A stretch of 64,000 bases of DNA, taken from contig JBPOGF010000004.1 of the NCBI GenBank assembly GCA_051251915.1, positions 64,001 through 128,000 of the forward strand, in the 5' to 3' direction. The stretch is from Akkermansiaceae bacterium (GTDB lineage Bacteria; Verrucomicrobiota; Verrucomicrobiia; Verrucomicrobiales; Akkermansiaceae). The position numbers were made by a program, and so were the translations under genes. The notes beneath the pieces are model-generated. The model ran no database searches. It saw only the letters and a list, made by a program, of their open reading frames with translations, and had not been told where the DNA came from. Numbering within the stretch: the stretch's first letter is position 1; each line of letters starts with the position of its first letter. Of this stretch, positions 57,219 to 64,000 are shown piece after piece.

Positions 57219-58088
57219 TTAGGTGAGGAGGAGTTTGATGAAGCTGCGTTCTGCGGTGTCGAATAATTTATCGGCTTTGCTGATGATGTTGACTTCGCGT
57301 TCTAGGTGGCTGTCGCTGAACTTGGGGATGTGGATGTTGCGTTTGGCGTAGTTTTTGAGAGCCATTTGTGGGATTACTCCGTAGCCGAGGTCTGATTCTA
57401 CGAGGCCGACTAGGGTTTCTATGTTTTCGCAGCGGACGGTGCCTTTGCTGTGGATGTTGATGGCGCGGCATTGGCTGACGGTTTGGTCGCTGAGGCAGTG
57501 TCCGTCTTTGAGGAGGATGAGCTTTTCTTGTTTTAGTTCTTTGATGCTGGTGAGGGATGTGTAGGTGGGTTGGTTTGGTAGGATGACGTGTAGAGGCTCG
57601 CTGAATAGGCGTTCTAGTTGGATTCCGCTGGGGAGGGTGGGGAGGCTGCTGCAGATTCCGAAATCGATTTCGTCTGAGAGGATGCGGGCGATCATTTCTG
57701 AGGATTTGTCTTCGCTGATGTCGAAGTTGATGTCTTTTAGTTGTGATCTGATGTGGGAGATTTTTTGTGGGATGAGGTAGGGTGCGATGGTGGGGATGGC
57801 GCCGATGCGGAGGACTTGCTTGTGGAGTTCGTTTCTGTCGGTGAATATCTGGAGGGTTTCTTCCCAGTGTTGGAGGATTTTGTGGGCTTGTAGCCAGAAG
57901 GTTTCGCCGGCTGTTGTGAGGCGGCATCCTTTGCGTGAGCGGATGACTAGTTGCTCGCCTAGTTCGTCCTCGAGTTTCTTGATTTGGAGGCTGAGTGAGG
58001 GTTGGCTGATGGAGCAATGTTCTGCTGCCTTGGCGAAGCTGCCTTCTTTGTGGAGAGCTCTGAAATAGAATAGTTGGTTAATTTCCAT
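57219..58088 (-). CDS. oxyR: OxyR-type LysR regulator
   Basis: LysR HTH (SQPSLS.QIKKLE), GAIPTIAPYL, DGHCLSDQTVSQC with both redox Cys; divergent from catalase. Confidence 0.9.
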   Translation of the reverse strand: MEINQLFYFRALHKEGSFAKAAEHCSISQPSLSLQIKKLEDELGEQLVIRSRKGCRLTTAGETFWLQAHKILQHWEETLQIFTDRNELHKQVLRIGAIPTIAPYLIPQKISHIRSQLKDINFDISEDKSSEMIARILSDEIDFGICSSLPTLPSGIQLERLFSEPLHVILPNQPTYTSLTSIKELKQEKLILLKDGHCLSDQTVSQCRAINIHSKGTVRCENIETLVGLVESDLGYGVIPQMALKNYAKRNIHIPKFSDSHLEREVNIISKADKLFDTAERSFIKLLLT

Positions 58089-58123
58089 AGTTTTAAACTA
58101 TGGATAATATAGATACAGAGTAT
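58087..58123. promoter_or_regulatory. OxyR binding site
   Basis: ATAG-N7-CTAT-N7-ATAG-N7-GTAT, one mismatch from the canonical OxyR box. Confidence 0.85.
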
Positions 58124-58158
58124 TATCCTAATCAACTGTTTTTTGCTAAAACATAGTC

Positions 58159-59619
58159 ATGTCAAACAAAACACTAAGCACAGCACATGGGGTCCCGGTA
58201 GGGAATAATCAGAACTCACACACAGCAGGGCGTTATGGTCCGGTTTTATTACAAGATGTTCATTTGTTAGAGAAGTTAGCTCATTTTAACCGTGAGCGTA
58301 TTCCGGAGCGTGTGGTGCATGCGAAGGGTGCGGGGGCGTTTGGGTATTTAGAAATCACTGAGGATATCTCAGATCTTACGAAGGCGGTGCCATTTGCTAA
58401 GGTGGGTGAGCGGACTCCTTGTTTACTTCGTTTTTCGACAGTGGGTGGCGAGTCAGGTAGTGGTGATGCGGAGAGGGATCCTCGGGGTTTTGCGTTGAAG
58501 CTTTATACTGGTGAGGGGAATTGGGATATTGTGGGGAATAATACACCGGTGTTTTTCATTCGTGATCCGTTGAAGTTTCCTGATTTCATTCACACTCAGA
58601 AGCGTCATCCGGCTACGCATTGTAAGGATGCAAATATGGTGTGGGATTTCTGGAGTTTAACGCCGGAGTCGGTGCATCAGGTGACGATTTTGTTTTCTGA
58701 TAGGGGGACTCCGAAGTCTTATCGGAATATGAATGGTTATGGTAGTCATACGTTTGCGATGGTAAATAAGAGAGGTGAGAGAGTGTGGGTGAAGTTTCAT
58801 TTTAAGACTAAGGCTGGGATTGAGAATTTCACGGCTGAGGAGGCGACTGCGATGGTGGGGAATGATCCTGATCATGCTACGAGAGATCTCTATGATACGA
58901 TCAAATCTGGTGGGACTGCGGAGTGGGATGTGCAGATCCAGGTGATGACTGAGGATGAGGCGGCGACTTACCGTTATGATCCATTTGATGTGACTAAGGT
59001 GTGGCCGCACAGTGATTTTCCTTGTCGTAGTATTGGGAACTTGGTGTTGGATAGGAATCCGAAGAACTATTTTGCGGAGATTGAGCAGGCTGCGTTTGCT
59101 CCTAGTAATATGGTGCCAGGGATAGAGGCTAGTCCGGATAAGATGTTGCAGGGGAGGCTCTTTGCTTATCAGGATGCGCATCGTTATCGTTTAGGGGCGA
59201 ATTACACGCAGATTCCTGTGAATTGTCCTTATATGGCGAGGGAGACTGCGAACCATCAGCGTGATGGGGCGATGTATGATGGAGCTGCGGGTGATGCGCC
59301 GAATTATGAGCCGAATAGCTTTGATTCTATTGTTGAAGCGCCGGAGCATAATCCTACTCCGCTACCTGTGAGTGGGAGTGCGGGGTCTCAGGCTAGGGAT
59401 TATGAGCAGGATGATTTTGCGCAGGCTGGGGAGTTGTATAGACTCATGAGTTCTGAAGAGCAAGAGCGCCTTATTAGTAACTTGGCTGGGAGCATCAACG
59501 AGGTGGAGAGAGAAGACATCAAGATGCGGGCTATCTGTAATTTCTTCCGTGCTGATAGAGAGTATGGTAGCAGGTTAGCAGAGGCTGTGGGTATCGATAT
59601 CTCAGCTTATATGGGATAA
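58159..59619 (+). CDS. katA: Monofunctional heme catalase (small subunit)
   Basis: FNRERIPERVVHAKG, RFSTV, RDPRGF, VGNNTPVFF, RLFAYQD. Confidence 0.97.
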   Translation: MSNKTLSTAHGVPVGNNQNSHTAGRYGPVLLQDVHLLEKLAHFNRERIPERVVHAKGAGAFGYLEITEDISDLTKAVPFAKVGERTPCLLRFSTVGGESGSGDAERDPRGFALKLYTGEGNWDIVGNNTPVFFIRDPLKFPDFIHTQKRHPATHCKDANMVWDFWSLTPESVHQVTILFSDRGTPKSYRNMNGYGSHTFAMVNKRGERVWVKFHFKTKAGIENFTAEEATAMVGNDPDHATRDLYDTIKSGGTAEWDVQIQVMTEDEAATYRYDPFDVTKVWPHSDFPCRSIGNLVLDRNPKNYFAEIEQAAFAPSNMVPGIEASPDKMLQGRLFAYQDAHRYRLGANYTQIPVNCPYMARETANHQRDGAMYDGAAGDAPNYEPNSFDSIVEAPEHNPTPLPVSGSAGSQARDYEQDDFAQAGELYRLMSSEEQERLISNLAGSINEVEREDIKMRAICNFFRADREYGSRLAEAVGIDISAYMG

Positions 59620-59647
59620 GTGTATTTAGTTAGTTAGAACGAATTAG

Positions 59648-59696
59648 AACGGCCACTGCTGATTATGACTTAGATGTCGTAGGCGTGGTGGCCGTT
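59648..59696. terminator. Long hairpin downstream of katA
   Basis: AACGGCCAC...TTATGAC-loop-GTCGTAG...GTGGCCGTT; weak T-tail. Confidence 0.5.
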
Positions 59697-59720
59697 TATC
59701 AACATCAACAAATCGAAATT

Positions 59721-59858
59721 ATGAATGAATTTATTAATGAGTATCAACGCGAGGGGTTCTTTATTCCGTTTATCGTAGCAATTTTCCAGGATAGTTTAGG
59801 CGATGCTTATGATTATGGGACAAAAAAAGAGACAGAGTCAGACCAGTCGATTGTTTAG
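59721..59858 (+). CDS. Possible small protein (45 aa)
   Basis: MNEFINEYQREGFFIPFIVAIFQDSLGDAYDYGTKKETESDQSIV, preceded by an A/C-rich leader like that of sodA; below ORF-track cutoff. Confidence 0.3.
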   Translation: MNEFINEYQREGFFIPFIVAIFQDSLGDAYDYGTKKETESDQSIV

Positions 59859-60087
59859 AATAATCAATGTAACTGAGCTGTGGCTGTCTCCAAAAAAAAC
59901 TGTGGTTTCTTTTTTTTGCTACCTAAATGAATTTGTGGTCGGTGAACCTTTTTTTGATTCACCGGTTAACTAAATTACAGCAATTAAGATGCCAAAATTT
60001 TGAGATTATTCCGAAATTTTTTAAACGGATGATTTTTTTCAGCTGTTTAAGGTTGGCAGAAAGCTCGAAGCGTGGGAGAAATAGGGC

Positions 60088-60834
60088 ATGGGAAAATTTG
60101 ATAACAAAGTAGCAGTTGTGACCGGAGCTGGTCGTGGGATTGGTAAGGCGATCGCGAGAGCATTCGCTGCAGAGGGAGCTAAGGTGGTGGTGATCAGCCG
60201 TAGTGAGGGGAGCTGTCAGGGAGCTGCTGATGAGATTAATGCGGAGTTCGCAGGTTCAGCGAAGGCGTATGCGATTGATGTGGCGGATCACGATGCTGTG
60301 GTAGCGCTTGGGAAAGAGATTATTGCTGAGTATGGTGGTATTAATATTTTGGTGAATAATGCTGGTGTGACTCGTGATGGGCTGCTGATGCGGATGAAGA
60401 GCGAGGACTGGGATACTGTTCTGGATACGAATTTGAAGGGTGCATTTAATATGGTTAAGGCGTTTCAGAGACCGTTGATGAAGGCGGAAGATCCTCGTAT
60501 TATTAATATGGCGTCAGTGATTGGTTTGATAGGAAATGCTGGTCAGGCGAATTATGCGGCGAGTAAGGCTGGGTTGATTGGCTTTACGAAGTCTATTGCG
60601 CGTGAGTTATCTGGGAGGAAGGTTTGCTGTAATGCTGTGGCGCCTGGATTTATTAGTACGGATATGACTGATGAGCTTTCTGATACGCTTAAGGAGGGGA
60701 TTATTAAAAACATACCTCTAGGTGATCTTGGTGCGACTGAGGATATTTCTAATCTTGTGGTATTTCTTGCGAGCAAGGAGTCACGTTATATCACTGGGCA
60801 GGTTATCGCTTGTGATGGTGGAATGACGATGTAA
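60088..60834 (+). CDS. fabG: 3-oxoacyl-ACP reductase
   Basis: TGAGRGIG, NNAGVTRD, GNAGQANYAASKAG, VAPGFI.TDMT, DGGM. Confidence 0.95.
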   Translation: MGKFDNKVAVVTGAGRGIGKAIARAFAAEGAKVVVISRSEGSCQGAADEINAEFAGSAKAYAIDVADHDAVVALGKEIIAEYGGINILVNNAGVTRDGLLMRMKSEDWDTVLDTNLKGAFNMVKAFQRPLMKAEDPRIINMASVIGLIGNAGQANYAASKAGLIGFTKSIARELSGRKVCCNAVAPGFISTDMTDELSDTLKEGIIKNIPLGDLGATEDISNLVVFLASKESRYITGQVIACDGGMTM

Positions 60835-60842
60835 GTTTTTAT

Positions 60843-61325
60843 ATGAATGCTGAAATGATAAGGGTGGAGCCAGTGGCTCTGCTGCCTACGCCTTCTGGGT
60901 GTGCTGTGTTTTTGGGTGATGGTGAGAAGGTGATTCTTATTTATATTGATCCTAGCATTGGAGCGTCTATTAATATGGCGTTGCAGCAGGAGAAGGCGCC
61001 GCGGCCGTTGACGCATGATTTGTTTCATGGGGTGCTGGGGGCATTTGGGGCTGAGGTGACGCGGGTTGTCATTGTGAAGGCGGATGGGGATGTGTTCTTT
61101 GCGAGGTTGTTTTTGCAGGTGGAGAATGAGCTGATGCAGAAGAAGATAGTAGAGCTTGATGCGCGGCCTAGTGATAGTATTGCGCTAGCGGTGCGGGACT
61201 CTGCTCCTATTTATGTTTTCGAGAGTGTTTGGAATGAGCTGAATGATGTTTCTGGGTTACTGGAGGATATGAAGAATGCTCAGTCTGGGGCTGATGATGA
61301 GGATGATAATGATGTTCCATTTTAA
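60843..61325 (+). CDS. Bifunctional nuclease (DUF151) family protein
   Basis: PRPLTHDL, DARPSDSIALA. Confidence 0.9.
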   Translation: MNAEMIRVEPVALLPTPSGCAVFLGDGEKVILIYIDPSIGASINMALQQEKAPRPLTHDLFHGVLGAFGAEVTRVVIVKADGDVFFARLFLQVENELMQKKIVELDARPSDSIALAVRDSAPIYVFESVWNELNDVSGLLEDMKNAQSGADDEDDNDVPF

Positions 61326-61331
61326 GACGGT

Positions 61332-61982
61332 ATGTTAAAAGCAGAGAGAGCCAAATATGTTCATCAGCGGTTGGACGAACTTTATGCTGAGACTCCGATT
61401 CCGTTGGATCATATGGATGCTTATACGCTTCTTATTGCTGTGTTGCTTTCTGCGCAGTGTACTGATGAGCGGGTGAATAAGATTACGCCGGCGTTATTTT
61501 TGCGGGCGAATAATCCGGTGGATATGGCGGAGGTTCCGGTGGAGGAGATCCGGGAGTTGATTAAGCCTTGTGGGTTGTCACCGAGAAAGTCTAAGGCAAT
61601 TTCTGAGCTGTCTCAGATCATCATTGATGAACATGGCGGGGAAGTGCCGCAGAGTTTTGAGGCGTTGGAGAGATTGCCAGGGGTGGGTCATAAGACAGCT
61701 TCTGTGGTGATGGCACAGGCGTTTGGGGTTCCGGCGTTTCCGGTGGATACGCATATCCATAGGTTGGCTCAACGGTGGAAGCTGACTGATGGGAAGAATG
61801 TGGTGAATACAGAGCGTGACCTTAAGAAATTATTTCCTAAGGAGTCTTGGAATAAGCTGCATTTGCAGATTATTTTTTATGGGAGGGAGTATTGTACTGC
61901 GAGAGGTTGTAATGGGATGGTGTGTGAGATGTGTAGGACTTTGTTTCCGAACAGGAAGACGCCTGTGGTGTGGAAGAAGTAG
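61332..61982 (+). CDS. nth: Endonuclease III
   Basis: LLSAQCTD, LPGVGHKTA HhH motif, VDTH, C-terminal Cys cluster. Confidence 0.95.
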   Translation: MLKAERAKYVHQRLDELYAETPIPLDHMDAYTLLIAVLLSAQCTDERVNKITPALFLRANNPVDMAEVPVEEIRELIKPCGLSPRKSKAISELSQIIIDEHGGEVPQSFEALERLPGVGHKTASVVMAQAFGVPAFPVDTHIHRLAQRWKLTDGKNVVNTERDLKKLFPKESWNKLHLQIIFYGREYCTARGCNGMVCEMCRTLFPNRKTPVVWKK

Positions 61983-61997
61983 GGAGGTTAGGTTGAA

Positions 61998-62441
61998 CTA
62001 GCTTTTGAGTTTGTCGCGAAGGGTCTCTTGGAAGGCGATCATGTCTTCGTCGTTGATTTGGTATGATGGGTCGTCTGCGTCTACTTTGAGTCTGCCCATT
62101 TCATCGATTCCCCAGAGGGCGTTCATGCCATCGCTGAAGATGACTTTTCCGCTTGCGAGGAATCCGGGTCTGACGATGCCGTCTACGGTAGCGTCTACAT
62201 AGCCGAGGGGAGTGAGTTCTTTAGGTTCTTCTTCTTTTTTTGGTTCCTCTGGTTTTGCTTCTTCTACGAGTTCGATTCCTAGGTCGATGATGGCGAAGCG
62301 TGTGTCCATGTAGGTGATGGAGGGGCTTAGCTGAAACTCGGCGTTGATTTTTTTCTGAAGGTCAGCGAGTTGGTCGCCTTGGGATGCCCAGATTTTTATC
62401 TGTTCTTGTTGTTGGGGTGTTAGATCTGTTACGTTAAACAT
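61998..62441 (-). CDS. Conserved hypothetical protein
   Basis: Start moved to ATG 62441; acidic two-part protein (TYMDTRF; VRPG..ASG.V.FSDG..A.W..D..GRL). Confidence 0.7.
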   Translation of the reverse strand: MFNVTDLTPQQQEQIKIWASQGDQLADLQKKINAEFQLSPSITYMDTRFAIIDLGIELVEEAKPEEPKKEEEPKELTPLGYVDATVDGIVRPGFLASGKVIFSDGMNALWGIDEMGRLKVDADDPSYQINDEDMIAFQETLRDKLKS

Positions 62442-62545
62442 GTGTTTATTGTGTTTTGTGAATGGAGTGACTGTTTTTAGCTGAGTATTTATAAATGGGA
62501 AGCTTGTTTGTTGAGATACTTTGGGGGGGGCGATCAAGTTAAGGA

Positions 62546-62645
62546 TTTTTACCACGAATCTACACTAATTTTCACGAATGGTGGACGATGAAGCCTTGCA
62601 TGATTAATTTTGAACCGCTGAAGTCGCTGAATTTCGCAGAACTAG
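62546..62645. repeat. Dispersed intergenic repeat, copy C
   Basis: TTTTTACCACGAATCTACACTAATTTTCACGAATGGTGGACGATGAAGC...TTGAACCGCTGAAGTCGCTGAATTTCGCAGAA. Confidence 0.75.
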
Positions 62646-62693
62646 CACGTTGAAGCCCTCTATTTGTTTCTGGCTTTGTTGTTTAAATACATA

Positions 62694-62906
62694 ATGGTTG
62701 ATTTATTGATGGTGATTCCTTTTGGGAGAGATGAGGCTAAAGAAGCAGCGAAGGTTCGTGTTTTGCTGGAGGCTTTTGGTAAAGGGATTGGTCCGATGGA
62801 TGCTTTGATTGCAGTTTTGGTATTGGCTGGTGACTGCTTGTTAGTGACGCGGAATACAAAGTAATTTGAGCGTGTGGAGGAGTTGGAAGTGGAAGACTGG
62901 GGCTAG
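62694..62906 (+). pseudogene. vapC: VapC/PIN toxin C-terminal remnant with premature stop
   Basis: IPFGRDEAKEAAKVR..LE..GKGIGPMDALIA...LVTRNTK*FERVEELEVEDW; TAA at 62862-62864 where Glu is expected; PIN N-terminus missing. Confidence 0.8.
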
Positions 62907-62910
62907 GAAA

Positions 62911-63615
62911 TTATTCAGCAGAATTTCCCCCTAAGCTGTAGATAATATCCTGCACTAAGAGATAGACATCAGTGCTAGGGTCAATAGGTGATTCTCTATC
63001 AAGCGCTCCATGCTTTGAGGCATTTTGAAGCGCAACTTCATGAAGTTCGACTAATGGAGCAATGATTCTTAATAGCTCCTTTTCGTTGTCAGTATTTTTA
63101 ATTTTTAGACCACTATCAGATAAGATTTTAGCACAATAAGATTTTGCATCCTTGCCACTTATCAATGGTTTGCAGGATTTCATGACATGAAAGATCAACC
63201 ATGCTTCAAAACACGGATTACTCAATGCTAGTTTGACTCCTTTGGTATCAGCAGTATGGATGATTTTCTGTAAATCATCGTTGATAACCGCAACGTCTGT
63301 ATCGATCACAGCCCAAACATGATCATAAGCAATCGCTCTTCCTTGCTTTGCTCGTTGTGTTTTGATTTCTGAAAGTTTCACAGTATGGTCGATCACTTTG
63401 AAAGGGTCACTTTTCTTTCCTGGCAGAACTTCGATATCAGCTCCTCTGGCGCGTAATTGCTTTCTTAGTTCTTTGAAATACACAGGTTCAGTGACCGTGC
63501 CTTCAGTGACGATGAGAAAGGAGTCTCCTTGGTTGATGCCACGCTCAGACTGAGCTTGGATTTTCTTTCTAGACTTTTTGTCAGCAGCCTCTACCTCCCA
63601 CCAGTTCCTCATCAT
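62911..63615 (-). CDS. RloB-like (TOPRIM-type) protein
   Basis: LIVTEGTVTEPVYF, VWAVIDTD, SNPCFEAWL.FH, PSTDVY.LV. Confidence 0.88.
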   Translation of the reverse strand: MMRNWWEVEAADKKSRKKIQAQSERGINQGDSFLIVTEGTVTEPVYFKELRKQLRARGADIEVLPGKKSDPFKVIDHTVKLSEIKTQRAKQGRAIAYDHVWAVIDTDVAVINDDLQKIIHTADTKGVKLALSNPCFEAWLIFHVMKSCKPLISGKDAKSYCAKILSDSGLKIKNTDNEKELLRIIAPLVELHEVALQNASKHGALDRESPIDPSTDVYLLVQDIIYSLGGNSAE

Positions 63616-64000
63616 TATTCAGAAATGTTAGCAGGTTGGTTTTTAGAAATCTGCTTGAACAGTTCCGAGGGGATGAAGGGAGTTCCTCCGTAGCGCCCAG
63701 CTAAGTATCCGCGTGCGAGTGACTCGTCATTGCGTGGTTTGAATTTAGTGAGTGGGTAGAGTGTGGATTTGCCGTCTGTGTTCTTTTCTGTGAACCAGAT
63801 CTGATCTCTTCTGAGAATTTCTTCATCTAGTAAGATGGAGCAGTGCGATGTGAATACTAATTGTGCAGAGGAGAAATCATTGAACATGAATAGTTTTAGG
63901 AGTTCTCTCACGATATTAGGGTGAAAGCTACTTTCTAGTTCATCTACAAAGACGACTCGTCCAGAATTGAGCATGTCTATCCACGGTCCTAGCATAGCGA
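63615..64000 (-). CDS. RloA/AAA_21-type ABC ATPase, C-terminal part (5' end outside window)
   Basis: VFVDELESSFHP, QLVFTSH, LRRDQIWFTEK, YLAGRYGG; stop overlaps rloB start. Confidence 0.88.
   Translation of the reverse strand, partial: AMLGPWIDMLNSGRVVFVDELESSFHPNIVRELLKLFMFNDFSSAQLVFTSHCSILLDEEILRRDQIWFTEKNTDGKSTLYPLTKFKPRNDESLARGYLAGRYGGTPFIPSELFKQISKNQPANISE

Noticed and set aside
52944..58017. Long alternative ORFs (52944-53708, 54068-54856, 55241-55912, 57268-58017)
   Set aside because: They are antisense or off-frame shadows of well-supported genes, favoured by skew-driven stop-codon scarcity, and have low-complexity composition.
18838..61982. A single oxidative-stress island (sodA, VIT1, bat, oxyR-katA, nth)
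   Set aside because: The genes are spread over more than 40 kb among unrelated housekeeping genes, and I saw no shared motif.

Overview
Gene-dense bacterial chromosomal segment. It is most likely from a marine Verrucomicrobiota/PVC organism, inferred from a PVC-type heme/dehydrogenase giant protein, a DUF1592-DUF1552 pair, sulfatases and a GH2. It carries housekeeping genes (serS, tcdA, rhlE, queD, sodA, pfkA, pgm, lnt, fabG, nth), a divergent oxyR-katA pair with a near-consensus OxyR box, a MoxR/DUF58/VWA (Bat-like) operon, a metal ABC transporter and a BlaI/M56 regulator pair. Both ends run off the window: a Clp-like double-AAA+ gene on the left (missing from the ORF track) and an AAA ATPase plus RloB pair on the right. 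I saw no rRNA, tRNA, CRISPR array or transposase. The most interesting observations are: (1) a Lit-like (DUF1461) lipoprotein transacylase encoded directly behind lnt in a diderm organism; (2) a dispersed composite intergenic repeat family (CACGAAT x3 / CGCTGAA x3) plus heptamer mini-arrays, one copy sitting beside a decayed vapC; (3) a 10 x 15-bp G-tract tandem array; (4) a Clp-like ATPase whose first AAA module looks catalytically dead; (5) a circularly permuted, serine-less ACP-like protein; (6) a BlaI/M56 module with a perfect 16-bp inverted operator facing an unknown lipoprotein; (7) extreme strand compositional skew that reshapes protein composition. All family calls come from motif recognition by eye; no database search was run.
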